From NCBI GenBank assembly GCA_963693365.1, contig CAVNZM010000014.1:682001-746000 (forward strand): a stretch of 64,000 nucleotides of DNA. The letters are read 5' to 3'. The DNA comes from Amoebidium appalachense (lineage: Eukaryota; Protista; Ichthyosporea). How positions within the stretch are numbered: position 1 is the stretch's first letter; the number at the start of each line of letters is the position of its first letter. The notes beneath the pieces are model-generated. The model was not told where the DNA came from. It did no database searches and saw nothing but the letters and a program-made list of their open reading frames with translations. Positions 23,909-41,875 of this stretch are shown in pieces. Position numbers and translations under genes: made by a program.

Positions 23909-24614
23909 GCGCACCTCCCAATCCACCCCCCTCCCCCCCCACCCCCCCTTCCCCTCCCCATCAACCAACACTGTTCCGACCAGTGCATAGTGTTTGGTTG
24001 GGGAAAAACTATCTTGCTCACTATGCGTCACGAGTCAGTAGTAAACAAAGGGACCGTTTTGGTGTACGTGTGTGTGACACACCGGTAGATGTGTGTGCGC
24101 TTTATTTAGGCGTGTGTGCATATGCTTGCCGGTGTGTGCAGGTGTGTGTGCGCTTTGTGTGTGGGTGGGTGGGTGGGTGGGTGGGTGTGGGTGTAGGTGT
24201 GCGCGCGCACGCGCGCGCCAGAACGTGCATGTCACTGTGTCGCGAGTGTGTGTGCTAGCGTGTGTGTGCATGTGCGCACTTGTGTGTATATGCGTGTAAC
24301 TGACATTATTTCCTCGTTGATCCAACGTGGTATACCAAAGTGGTAGTGCCAGAATACTTTGAGCTGTTGATGTTGAATGGCCGACTGCAACAACAGATGC
24401 CGATGTATGTGGGTTCACTTGCAATAACGGAAACCGTAACTGATGGGGGCCCGGGAGGAGGGGAGGGAGGGGGGTTTGGTTGTTGTTGTTGGGGGGGGGG
24501 GGGGGGGGGGGGATTTGAAGTCGGCACATTCAGTCTGATGTTTAGCAGAGCGTCGTGAATGTAGCAGAACGTAACCGCCCTCACGAAAGAATTTGGGGAC
24601 GGACGCCCGGCGGA

Positions 24615-24647
<33 letters not shown>

Positions 24648-25111
24648 GGGGCGGGTGGGGAGGGGGGGGGGGGGGAGGGGGGTGGGGGGGAGGGGAATGC
24701 CTAATAACACAAGCATGTAGCCTTCCAAAGATCATAATGGATTAAGAGCATGCCATTATGTGCATACAGCGCAAAAAAGGCGGGCAGTGTCACGATAGGC
24801 TAATTGGCAAATAACAGTCCTGTTGGTGCAATGATGTCCCTTAGAGGCCTCTGTTTTTTTTTTTTTTTTTGAGGGGGGGGGGGTGGGATGGGGGGGGAGG
24901 AGGGGAGAGAGGGAAAGGGGGGGGGGGGGGGGGGGGGGGGGGGGACGGGGGCGGGGCGGGGGGGAGGGGAGGGGGCGGGAAGAGGGAAGAGGGTAGGGGG
25001 AGGGGGAAAGGAGGGTGGTGGTGTTGTCCTGGGAGGAGGAGTGGAGCTGCGGCAGCCTGTAGAAAATGGCGGGAGGTGGGGGGTGGGGGGTTGGCTGCCA
25101 AAAAAATGTCT

Positions 25112-25143
<32 letters not shown>

Positions 25144-25364
25144 GCAACGAGAGCTAGAGAAACAATAAAGGGATGATGGTGTGATGATGTGTGATCGTGT
25201 GGTGTAGTGGAGGAGGTGGTATGGGGTGAGTAGTAGAATTGATTGTTTCTCTGTGTGAAGATTTGGTTTGTGCGGGAGACGATGTAGATGATTTTTGGAA
25301 ACAGCATATGCACATGCATCGATTAACGGTTTTTCATGTCTGGCGGTGCCTGTGTACATGTGTG

Positions 25365-25396
<32 letters not shown>

Positions 25397-26002
25397 ATGC
25401 GCGCCTCTCTCTTTGCGTTGCGTGTCATGGGCGGATGTGCATACACACATGTGCATGTGCACACACATCAATACTATGTATGCTCAAGTATCTGCTCTGG
25501 CGACAGCTAGATGCCACATTGCATGTAGATGTGGGTTGGGCCAGCTGCAGAATGACACAGGTGGCAATTGAGGTGGCCAAAATCTAGGCTAGTAAATATT
25601 CTTAACTACTAATTTTTAATATTTATAATAATTAGTATAAAGGCGCTAAGTCCTTTAAACACATCAGTGTCTGGCCAGTCCAGCTGGCACAAAACATTCA
25701 TCAACGTAACAGTTACCATAATTGGCAATTTCAGACAAACATTGAAAGGATAGCCATTCGCAAAGGTGGGTGTGCGCGCCAGGCAGCAACTAACCCAATC
25801 AGAAGTTATTTTAAATGACTTAAAAAGAAGTGCGTGCCTACACATGCAAGCCCGGATGTACTAAATTGAAAGATTTGCACAGCGCCAGGCTTGAAGAAAG
25901 AAATCGATTTGGCATCGCAAAGGAGAACATGCAGTATATTCGATACGAAATTTCCAACACAACACCTAATACTGGGGGGTCCAACACAAAGAAACCCCCT
26001 AT

Positions 26003-28151
26003 TTATAAATTCTGCAGTGACAACTGCTCCTCAATCTGCGAGAGCAAACCAGGGGGGAATGCCTGTTCATATGACGCAAGGGTAGCCACGAGGTCTTCAT
26101 TTCGTGCCATTGCCACCATCTGTGCCTGTCCATATGGCGGCTGTGGTGAAGGAAAAACACCCATTGCTTGGGGTGGGATGGCTACGTTTTGTGGCTGCAC
26201 GCTCATAGGGTTAACAAGACCACTACCCGCACCAAGTGGTGCATATGGAGATATACCAAGGGGAGATAGACTGGTAGATCCTGCGGGCATAAGTGGTGCA
26301 ATGGGTCGTTGTACGGGCGGGTGCTGGGGTTGTTGGCGACGGCGCGGCTTTCTTCGATGAATTTTCTTATTGGCCATGTGCAGAGGTCGGGGAACCTTGT
26401 TTAGTCGCTCGTACAGACCGCACGCATTGCACACAATCTGGCCGTGGGCGTCTTTCCTCCACATGGTGGTGGAGGCCGTGTGGCAATTTCCGCACGTTTG
26501 ATTGGGCCCCGCCCCATGGGTTGCTATGGGCTTGATGTCGTCACCACTGTGCATGTTAGGGCTGCCGGTGGGAGGTGTTGCGCTCGATGGGCGGGGTGAT
26601 GTGGGTAGGGAGCCTGGGGGGTAAGAAGTAAAATGTGAGGATTTGTGGATGATGGTACATGTATAAAGTTTGAAAATACAAAAGTTTGAACTGGTTTGCG
26701 AAAATATGAGTATAGAGGGGCTGGCCAAGGAACGACAGTACAGTGCTTCAATGGTAATATATGTGTGTGTGCCACGTCTGTGTTTGTGTGTTTGTGTGTG
26801 TGTGTGTCTGTGTGTGTTTGTGCGGTGCATGCATGCGCTTTAAACATGCCCTCGCCCAATGAGTTTTGCCTGTCCCCTCCCCACGTTCCCTCCTCCCCCC
26901 CCCCCCCCCCCCCCCCCCCTCACCCACCCAACGAACCCAAAACACACGTGCACTTACACACAAACCTAAAAACCTAAAACTGACACACCTGGTAATTCTT
27001 TTGCCGTTTCCAAATGCCCCACACGTGGCTAACTAGTGTTGTGCTCTATTTCAATTGTACGCTCAAAGTGTGAGAGTCCAAGTGTCCTTGAAAATGCCGT
27101 GTCCGCGCATGCGCTAAATGCCCTAGGGTGTTAGGCATTGCACAAAATAACTTCCATGCAATGTCCATCCAGATCTTTTGTATGCAGTGTGGGCCTTCAC
27201 GAAATCCTTCCTAGAAGAAAATAACAACAAAATTAATAAGAAAGAAAGGAAGGAAGAAACACACTTTTGCCACATCCACAAGCCCAATTCATAGAACGGT
27301 TCTAAAATAAAAAAGAAAGAAAGAAAGGAAGAAACATACTTTTGCCACATCCACAAGCCCAATTCATAGAACAGTTATAGTAACACGCAGCGAATAAAAT
27401 ACATAGGGCGTACCGTGCCAAATATGTTAGCATTTCTACACGGTTTCTTATAGCGTTTCTGCAAGCAAGAATCTTTTTCTTTGAATAAAGTGTCTAATAA
27501 TCCGTTTTCTAATGTTGGGAAATGTACATATATGTGGCGAGTTTGTGATGATTCTATGTCAAATGTGCTCGATAACCACAGGAAGTGCACTAATCACGAG
27601 AGTCCCCCAGCCACGTGTAATCTAATCTCATCCACTTAACAAAAAAACACAATTTTTCGTTCAACAACAAGTGGTGTAATAAAGGATTGTAAACAAGTAG
27701 CTGATGCGTCAGCAAACAAGAACTGTGCTAGTTGAATAGTTCTGTAAAATGCGGAAAGCACACGTATTGCAAGGAAGAGAGGGTGCCTTTTCTCAGGACA
27801 CACACCTGTATGGAACGACTCACTGCTTGCACACGGACTGAGAGCTCCTGCATGGTGAAACGTGAATGGGCCAATGTCACTGTGTGGTGTGCCTGGCTGC
27901 TTTGTGTGGTCGATTTCAGTGGGGGCTATGTGCACCTGTCCGGGCCTGTCCGAGTCATGTTCGACTGCGGTACTGCGCGCATAATCTAAAAGGCTGGTGA
28001 GAAGAACTTCGCGTGCTATGTACCAGTCATTCTGTGAAGTAAGGGTGCTTGTGTCTATGGAAAGAGAGGCGACACTGGGTTTCTTTTCGTTAGTTGTGTT
28101 TGCTGGATAGGCCAGGCTGGGCGTGCTAGCTGGCCTGTGTTGTGAGAGCAT
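26003..28151 (-). CDS. GATA zinc-finger transcription factor (2 exons, ~318 aa)
   Basis: Exon 28151-27806 (ATG, MLSQHRP...SFHT, phase-1 GT donor) joins exon 26613-26003 (CAG acceptor). The second exon encodes [38 protein letters not shown] plus a basic tail: a CX2CX17CX2C GATA finger. The first-exon assignment is less certain than the finger exon. Confidence 0.88.
27238..27372. repeat. Two-copy tandem repeat (~75 bp) in the GATA intron
   Basis: AAGAAAG..AGGAAGAAACA.ACTTTTGCCACATCCACAAGCCCAATTCATAGAAC occurs twice. Confidence 0.85.
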
Positions 28152-29517
28152 TTTTGTTTGTTCTAGTGCTGCACCTACAACTATGTGATTACACTCGCAC
28201 GTATAGGAGCATTCTGTGATGTACGTTGAGAGTGGATACGTGAAAATGAGCACTATAAATGAGTAACTGTGTGCATCGTTATATACGTGTACCAAGTTGC
28301 ATGTGCGGTATGTTCAAATTTGCATTGTTCGTGCGTGGGTCCAAATGCCTGCAAGTTTGGACCATCCCCGCTTTATATACATTCGATCCAATGTGACCTT
28401 GATATAATGAAAACAATTTAATCTTGTCACCTTTGACCGACTACGAATCAAACGGGCAGATTTGTGATCATGTGCTGCTTTCACCGGATTGATGAGCTAA
28501 CGGTCCAATCAAACACGCTACAAAAACCGTGGCACCTAATTGGTCATTTCGAGGCAGCAAAGGCGGAGTCAGCAATTGATCGAAGGCTTTCTCGATGAAA
28601 CGCGAATAAGAGGCTTTATGTCGGACATCAACAGCATTGCTTTGACTAAATCTACCCCAAGCATAACACATAATAAGCAACGTTTTGTTCCATCTATGAA
28701 TGCTTTAACACTTACGCCTTCATAAATGCTGCTATGACGCATGGCAGGTTGATCCAAAAATGCGCGAGCCAAAAATGGCGAAAATTGAATTCAATGGAAT
28801 CCACTGAGCCAGATGGCGGCGAAAACGTGAGCCCGCCAATAACAAAAAACAGCCAATCGCAACAAACCTCGATCTATGAACTCGTTACGCACATATTAGA
28901 ACCACATGTTCAGGTAACAAATCTGTTCTTGATGCTTTTTTCGCCCCTGAAGAGAAAATGTTCGGGATGGGGCTGGCTCACGGATCTGCTTTTGATTATG
29001 TACGTGGCATCCATTGCATTCTCTTTGGCTGTTAACTTCCCGGGCCGTTTTACAACACCGGTCACCGTGCGACAGCACACGAAGAACGCCATCTCACGTG
29101 CATGCGGGTAACCGTGCCACCCAGAATTTCGAAGAGGGACATACGCCGAGGCATACATACGGATACTGAACAATACTGTGTGTGCGTGTAGGTATCCTAT
29201 GCACGAACGGGACTGTGGTGTATACTGCAACATGTTGTGCGTACATATATGTCTACCACATGTACAAATTTACATGCCATGCATGTATGTTCGTACATAC
29301 GGTAGTTAGTTGTGCGTGGGTGCACGACGGGGTCTTCCCCCGCGTTTGCAGCTGACTCCGAGGCTGAGCTCGAGTCGACAGAGGGCGCACGTGCCCCTGG
29401 TAACCGGTGGCGACAACTCTTGGGGTTGTGTGGAGCTATAGGGAGCTCCAGAAGAGGATTCACATTATGCAATCCTGGGGCAGGTTTTTCTTACAATAAT
29501 TCTTTGGGTGGGTGGGT

Positions 29518-29552
<35 letters not shown>

Positions 29553-29776
29553 TGAATTCCTGACTACTATCTTGACATCTTGTCACCACCACTGTACATT
29601 CGTTCTGAGAAGGGGGAACTTGAAATCTTGAGCTAGCTTCGGATAAAATCTCTCGAATTCGATCATCACCACACGAACTTCTATGCCACAAGCTAATATA
29701 ATTTTGAATTGCTGAAGTCCCAGCCCCCTCTCCCTCTCCCTTTCCATCCCTCTACCTCTCTCTCTCTCCCTCTCTC

Positions 29777-30126
29777 TCTTTCTCTCGTGCTCCCCCCCCC
29801 CCCCCCCCCCCCCCCCCCCGCTCTCTCTTGCTCACTTTATTTCAATCTGTCTCTTTCTCTCTGACGTCCTGAGTACGCTGTGCATTAAACAATTTGAAAA
29901 ATAAATAAACAGTATTGACTATGTACAACGCGAACCCTTCGCTGTTTCCCTTCATACTGCGAGAACTATTATCGCAATCGTGAGACTGAAAATCAGAAGT
30001 GATGATGACTTTGTGTGACACACACAGAGAGTAAGAGACATATTGAAATAAAGTGAGCGAGAGAGAGCGGGGGGGGGGGGGGGGGGGGGGGGGGGGGAGA
30101 GCCTAGGGGAGAGCACGAGAGAAAGA
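29777..30126. repeat. Inverted repeat / possible MITE
   Basis: CTCTCGTGCTC-C(n)-GCTCTCTCTTGCTCACTTTATTTCAATCTGTCTCT (29781-29854) is mirrored by AGAGACATATTGAAATAAAGTGAGCGAGAGAGAGC-G(n)-...GAGCACGAGAG (30034-30121). Confidence 0.7.
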
Positions 30127-30133
30127 TAAAGAT

Positions 30134-30180
<47 letters not shown>

Positions 30181-30237
30181 GAGAGAGATAGAGAGGGAGA
30201 GGGAGAGAGAGGGAGAAGGAGAGGGGGAGAGGGGGCA

Positions 30238-30299
<62 letters not shown>

Positions 30300-30315
30300 G
30301 AGAGGGGGAGAGGGG

Positions 30316-30379
<64 letters not shown>

Positions 30380-30901
30380 GGGGGGGGGGGGGGAAGAGAG
30401 AGAGAGGGCGAGTGTGTGTGTGTGTGTGTGTGCACGTTTGTGTGTTTGATGTATTAACTCTCTTTATATCTGTGTTACAATGCATTCGCATGCCTGTGTG
30501 TACGTGCGTGTTGTATTTGCAGGAGGGGAAGGGGAGTGGAATGAGTTACGCTGAGGAACTTCTGAAACACAGACGCCAGCCACTATTAAACCCGCCACAC
30601 ACCCAGACAGGCCATACACATGACCACACTTCGATGATCGAATGCTAACTTAGAGTGAAGGCCCCGAACTTATTTTAAATATACAAGTGCACATCCGAGC
30701 ACGCATACGATCTATGCAGTGATGATTTAATTACGTATACATGCTTAATATCAGAAGCGTACCCACCACCCACGTGTGGGTTAGTTTAGGGCTGTTCATA
30801 CACATGAAAGGTTGGGGGGACCAAGAACGATTGTGCTGACTACATAAATGTGCGCAGTGGACCAGTGATTCATATACACGGGCTAGAAAAAATACCTGCA
30901 T

Positions 30902-31580
30902 TCACTCAATCATATCAACTACTTTCTTTCCTATTTTGGCTACAAACAAGCCACTGGTATTGGATGTGACCGGATCAAAGCGCAAACAATGCCCCCTAAC
31001 CTTGGTGGCGGGCCAGCCCTCGCATTCGATTGGCTGCAGCTCAGCCAATGGCTCGTTGGCCAGGAACCAATCAACTACGTCCTCGTTTTGGGCCACCGTC
31101 AGACTGCAGGTACTGTGTGCACATATGTCGTTAGCATGAATACACTATCCCCTCCCCACCCCCCCCCCCCCCCCCCTTCCCCCCCTTCTCCCCCCGCATA
31201 CACCCACACACCCACCCCATCCTTTAGGCCCATGGACGAAAGGCAAACCAAATTGATTAGTCTACATCTTTGCCACAATGAGGACCCCCCCCCCCCCCCT
31301 GTCTCTTTCTTACTCACAGGGGAGTCCCCCCCCCCCCCCCCCCCACTCCTCCTCCTCCCCGCCCCCTCCCTCCTCCGGGCAGTTTTCTACGGTCGTGAGG
31401 TCTACCACCTTGGCAACCCTGTTGTTTTGAAGAGGCGAGGAGGATGGGTGGGGGGGGGGGGGAGGGGGGGAGGGAGAGGGGGAGGGGGGAGGAGGGGGGA
31501 GGGCTCACCTATAGACTAACACCCCTCCTGGTTTCAGGAGCATGAATCCTTGCCGTAGAAGGGACTATTGGTATGATATG

Positions 31581-31628
<48 letters not shown>

Positions 31629-31917
31629 GCGTGTGTGTGGGCGTGGGTGTGTGTGGGCGTGGGTGTGTGTGCATGTTGGTGTGTGCGTGTGAACTTGTGT
31701 GTGCACCAGCAATCCCCAGTTAGCAATGGAATGCTTGTGTGTAGCACTGTGTTCCCAATCATACCGACATAGAAAATAATCTCCGCACTTACTGATAAGG
31801 TGTATGTATGGATAGAAGCTTACTTTCAGCATTTTAAAACAGTGGGATTGTGCCTAATTTACAGTACACGAGGGGGGATGGTGGTGGTGGTGGTGGTGGT
31901 GGTGGTGGTGGTGGTGT

Positions 31918-31963
<46 letters not shown>

Positions 31964-32524
31964 GCACACTGTGGAGAACTAACCCTATTTAATATATCCA
32001 GAAAGCTTGCGAGATAGTAGCCCCCCTCTCCCCCTCCCCCCCTCCCCCCCCCCCCCCCCCCAAAAAAAAAAAAAAAAAAAAAATTAAAGAAAAAGAAAAT
32101 ACACAAAACCCTTCCTAACATCTAGGTTCTTTTACGCCCCATAAAATCAATCACACCCTCCTTCCCCACATGCGTCAAAGGATACACACACACGACAGGT
32201 CTACCCACACCTCTCTCCAACCCGCCTACCCATACCCACAGTTCCCAATTCACAACCGACATTCACACATATCCCCACAAAGACATCCACTTATCCCGGC
32301 CAACCCATCGACACACCCACCCACCCACCCACCGAATTCACCCATCTACCCCACAACCTTCCCACTAACTTCCTGAAACATCGGGTGTAAACTACTCTCG
32401 CCCTGTGAGATGATGCATAAAAAAAAACCCATACACATGCCATTTCCCCCCCCCTCTCCCCCCTTCCACCGCCACCACCACACACCTACCATTCCTCTCC
32501 AAAAAGCGCACCCACACAGCCATC

Positions 32525-32564
<40 letters not shown>

Positions 32565-33814
32565 CACCACCACCACCACCATCACCACCCCACCACCCAC
32601 ACACCCACACAACCCCCCCCCCCCCCTCCCCCCCCCCATCACAAACACACATACACCCACCCACACACCCCCGCGTACCCTCTGTAGCTGTGTGATAGTC
32701 TGTATGCGTGCCGCATCCATAAACCTCCTCTCGAATGTGTCCCACCCCCACTCTCTGAACTTGGCCACGTGCTTTAGGGACCCATCATGTGTGCACTCCG
32801 CATCCACTAGAACCTGCACACGTGCATTCAGTTACTTCCCCCCATCCCCCCTCCCCCCTTCCCCCCCCCCCCCTCCCCCCCCCATCCCCCACCTTTCCCC
32901 CCCCCTCTGCCACCCCCTTCCCTCCGTTTTGTTTCTATCCCCTCTTCCTTCATCGACGTCTTCTCACGTGACTTCTTACCCCTCCCCCCTCCCCCCCCCC
33001 CCCCCCTTCACCCCCCCCCACCCCACCCCCTCCCCCCCCCCCCATCCACACACCCTTCCCCCTGCGCACCCCTCTCTTGTTACTCACCCACCCATCCGCC
33101 TTTAAGACAATCTGATAAGTGCATAGACACAACTCCAAGACAACATGCACACGGACAGCACAAACACCCACCAACATTCACTACGCTATCCGAACACCAT
33201 GTTCCAACCATTTTTATCGACAGGTGCCTGTGGACTACTAAAATCCCTCCCTCCCCCCCCCCCCCCCCCCCCCAAACAATACCCCGTGTGCTCGCCTTCC
33301 TCTCCTCCCGAAATCCCATTACCATCAAAGTGAGACATTCACCCGACCATTAAACCCCCCCCCCCCCCCCCCCCCCCCCCCAAAAAAAGGAGACCAACAC
33401 AAAGAAGGAGAGAAAAGAAAGAGAGGACAGAAAAAGGAACATCAACCACACACAGGAACAAGGCATACAATGCAATCACACCACTTACTCACTTTGTTCT
33501 GATTATTGCAGTAAAACTGCCACGTAAAGTCTCACTCACACCTTTTAACCCGCCCCCCCCCTCCCCCCCCCCCCCCCCCCAAAAAAAAAAAATAAAAAAT
33601 AAAAAAATAAAAAAATGATTGCAGTAAAATGGCACATAAGGTCTAACCCCCCCCCCCCCCCTCCTCCATACAAAAAAAAAAAAAAAAAAAAAAAAAAAGG
33701 TGAATAAGAAAGGGAAAAAAGTAGAGAAAAAAATAAGGAAGGAAAATAAACGGAAGGAAGGAAGGAAAGAAAGAAAGAAGGAAAGAAAGAAAGAAGGATA
33801 GGGGAGAGAGAGAC

Positions 33815-33902
<88 letters not shown>

Positions 33903-34299
33903 GAGGGAAAAAAGAAGGACACATGACATTTAACAACACCTGAAAGCACATACTAAACGGTTACGCACCTTATCATACCCCATCTCTTTAGTCTCCCCCC
34001 CATGAGCCCACCCCTTTGACCGATACACCAACTGCGGCTCACTAGGGTCTGCCTCTTTAGCCCTTGCCTCTGCCTGTGCTTTCTTCAACCTCCCCTTCTG
34101 ACGTTTACTCAGTTTTTTCCTCTTTACCTCCCCGTTTCCTTCACTTTCGACATGTGTGCGCTTGTGTGCCGTGTTTGTGTTTTCGTGGGGAGGTTGGGGG
34201 GTAGAGGTAGGGTCGGGTGGGCCGATGTTGAAAGTTGTGCCATCGGCAAGATACAGGCGGACGTTGGTTAGACTGTGCTTGGATGCAACTGTGTTTGTG

Positions 34300-34390
<91 letters not shown>

Positions 34391-34563
34391 GTAGTGCTGA
34401 AGAGGGAACTGCCGGGGGACGCACGATGAGCTGTCAGCAAATGAGAGAGAGTCTGAGCATGCATGTGTGTGTCTCCTTCTCTCCGTGTAGGTGTGAGGAC
34501 GGCATGGCATGTTTGTCCATTTGTTAGCCCCGGGGGTTTGGGGGTGTTAGGCAACGGGCGGGG

Positions 34564-34596
<33 letters not shown>

Positions 34597-34720
34597 GGGG
34601 GGGGGGGGAGGGATATCTGGGGTAGAATTGCACAGGAAAAAAAGGGACCCACGGTGGCTCTCAAATGGTTGTGCGTGTGTGTCTCTGTGTGTGTGAGTGT
34701 GTCTCTGTGTCTCTCTCTCT

Positions 34721-34754
<34 letters not shown>

Positions 34755-35567
34755 ACGCATGTGTTGGGAAGTGGCAGAGGGGTGTGTGTGTGGGGGGGGG
34801 GGGGGCGGGGGCGGGGGGGAGCAACAGGGAAGAGGGTCATAAGGGCAGGGAGATGATGGGGTTGGAGTTGAAAGAAGCCTTGCCCATTTATAAGGCCTGT
34901 TCCATCATCCGCCTTCCCATTCTCTTCTCGCCCCCCCCCCCCTCCCCCGCCTCTTCCTCCCCTTCCTCCCCCCCCCCCCCCCCCCTCCCCCCCTTCACTC
35001 GTCTACTTTCCCCCCCCCCCCCCCTCCCCCAACCAAGCACCCGCCCACCTGTCTTGCATGCAGCCAACCTATGCTGTGCCACATCCACCCCCGTCACCGA
35101 CCCCTCACTCCCCACCAAGTCTGCCACATAGCACAGTTTGGCCCCGGGGGCACAGCACAAGTCCAGACAGTGGTCTCCCCTCTGCACACCAAGCGCTGCT
35201 ACAGCCGCCCCCGAGCTAACATCTATGCCACTGATGAGTCCTTGGCGGTAAACACCGCTGGTTGCAATTTTGGAGGTTCCTGGAAGCTGGAAGAAGGATG
35301 GGAGCCAAGGAACGGGTGTGACGGGGCACGAGAGTTGTGTGCTGAGGATGTCGGGTGAGAGGTTGCTGGTTGGCCGTACCCTGAGGTGGGTGGGGGAGGG
35401 AGCGTTAGTGATGAGTTGGTGCTAGAGAGGTGGGTCAATGTGGGATCATGTGTTGTTTGGTGCAAGAGATATGAGAGAATGTGGGGTGAAAAGCGAATGG
35501 TTAAATGTGGGGTCGAGAGCGGTGGTTGGGGTGAATAGCAAGGGGGTGAACGGGAGAGAGAACGCAT

Positions 35568-35603
<36 letters not shown>

Positions 35604-36078
35604 AGAAGGGAGGTAAACGAAAGGGAGGGGAGATAAAGAGAGACGGAGGGAGAGGATGAGAGAGGGAGATAATGCGTGATTTTGTCGCGCAAGCCTGCGT
35701 GTTAGAGTGAGTGAATGGGGCGGCAGAAGCGCGAGAAGCCAACGGCGGGGGGCGAGAGAGAGAGAGGGAGGGAGATAAGGGAGAGGTGGGGGAGGGGGGG
35801 GTAGGGGGGGTGACAGGGAGATGTTGTGTGTTTGTGGAGCGCGGCGGCGGCGGGGGGGGGGAGAGCGGGGGGAGGGGGAGGGGGGCCCCCAATTCTGAAA
35901 CTTGCCTGATGAATCGTGGCAGATCGTAAGCTATCTTATAGACGTCAGGGTTTATGTTGTTAGCTGCCAGGAAGGAGAGGAAGGCGGCAGGGAGCTCAAC
36001 ATCACCACCGTTCCCTGCCTGTTTAGGTGGGTCGCCCTCTGGCTCTGAATCGTCTGTCAGGCGTTCAGAAGATGCCAT
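30902..36078 (-). CDS. NOL1/NOP2/Sun (RsmB/NSUN) family RNA m5C methyltransferase, 6 exons
   Basis: Exons 36078-35906, 35380-35049, 34288-33969, 32813-32679, 31564-31509 and 31112-30902 join in frame. Motifs: LDLCCAPGAK (motif I), GVDV, YDKVLVDAECTHDGS (motif IV), LKPGGVLVYSTCSLTVAQNEDVV (motif VI) and TSGLFVAKI. Confidence 0.92.
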
Positions 36079-37024
36079 GCTGCCCAGAATTCCTAAATTT
36101 ATGTGCAAACCCAAATGGCCTTCATGAGACCAGAAGCTATGCAAATCACGGTGGGTTTTGTGGTGAACGCCCACAAACCTCGGGTGTTTCGCACCCGGAA
36201 GTGTTTCCGATTGGACCGGAACGCAACCGCCCTTGTGGCTTGCTGAACATGCGCTTTGCTGTGCAGGCAGGCCACATCTCTGTTCTTTTTACGGTTTCAC
36301 TCGTTTTGACACAAGTCAACTCTATCTCTAACATGGATCTACCCCCCCCCCCCCCCCCCCCCCGGGGGCTTTGGGTGGTGGTGGTGGTGGTGGCTGCCCC
36401 TCCCCCCCCTCCCTCCGCCGGGCAGCGCCCCCTTTACATCACTCTGCACTCACATGTTCACGGTCACGTGCACCCGTGGCATGCCGCAGTGTATGATATC
36501 ATACAAGGATAACATTGGAAGTTTTAATGACATATTTATAGACGGCATTCCCCGTGCATATATGCTACTTCCACACGTGTGCACACACATGCATGTGCCA
36601 TATAATGAGGTTGCCTCGCTATGAACAACATCGGTACACGTATGACATCATAATTGCCTACGTACATAAGCTTACATACCGTTATGACCAGCGCATATTG
36701 ATTTCTCCTTATATAAAGGAGCTACGGTTGCAGTGCTTCCACAGCATTCCTGTTCCTGGCGGATAGTAACCGCAACAGACAAAGCAGCTAGTATTGGAGA
36801 AGAGTAACTGTACCATCCGTATATACATACATTCCTGTTTCCTACGAATTGAACTATCAGTATGATCAAATTATTTCCAAATATAGGAGATCGCGTTTCT
36901 ATCACAACAACAATAACAACAACAATCACGAGTTGAACCACAAAAAAAACGTATCCCCTTAAATCCTCTCTCTTTCCCTCCGTCTACTAAGTTCAGTGGC
37001 GCCGGCTACGCACTACACACCCAC

Positions 37025-41194
<4,170 letters not shown>

Positions 41195-41738
41195 GCTTGC
41201 TTTTCCTACTGCACTTGTGGATGCCTTTTGCCCTGTGTTGTCCTTCACACGAGTGACAACTCCACCGGGCTGTCTGAAGTGGGTCATAGAAACAGGCAGC
41301 CAATCAGAATATTGTTATGGTGCAGTTTTAACAAATGAGATGCGCTCCTTGCACAAATGACGTCACCATTTTGATTGACCCCGGGCATCGCGCAACTGTG
41401 TGGCTCAGTGTCAGATCAGGGCTTCATATGTATATGCATTTTAATTTATTTTATCCCGTTTCGAGCCCTGGAGGGACCCCCTTGGGGCCCTCATGGGGAA
41501 CTACCGTCTTCCACCCAGCACCGACAGTACTGGTGTACTCTAGGTAGGGTGCTATGTTAAAGCTAACACACCCTCACTTGACAGTCCTAACTCTTTGCAC
41601 ACACTTGTGACTTAGCCCAGGGTATACGCCCCAGCCACGCCGGTGCATATGACATATGCAGGTGTCACGCTTAGTAGTTAAGGCCTTGGTATGAATGCAT
41701 GTGATTATGTGCCTGTAGTTGCTTGCAAGAGGATGACG

Positions 41739-41775
<37 letters not shown>

Positions 41776-41837
41776 TCCCCCCCCCTTCCCCCCCCCCCCC
41801 CCCCTCCCCTCCCCCCCTCCCCCCCCTTCCCCCCCCC

Positions 41838-41875
<38 letters not shown>

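Noticed and set aside
24305-24439. Isolated open minus-strand segment with AG/GT boundaries (LRFPLLQVNPHTSASVV...)
   Set aside because: No compatible neighbouring exons or recognisable domain were found, so there is too little to call a gene.
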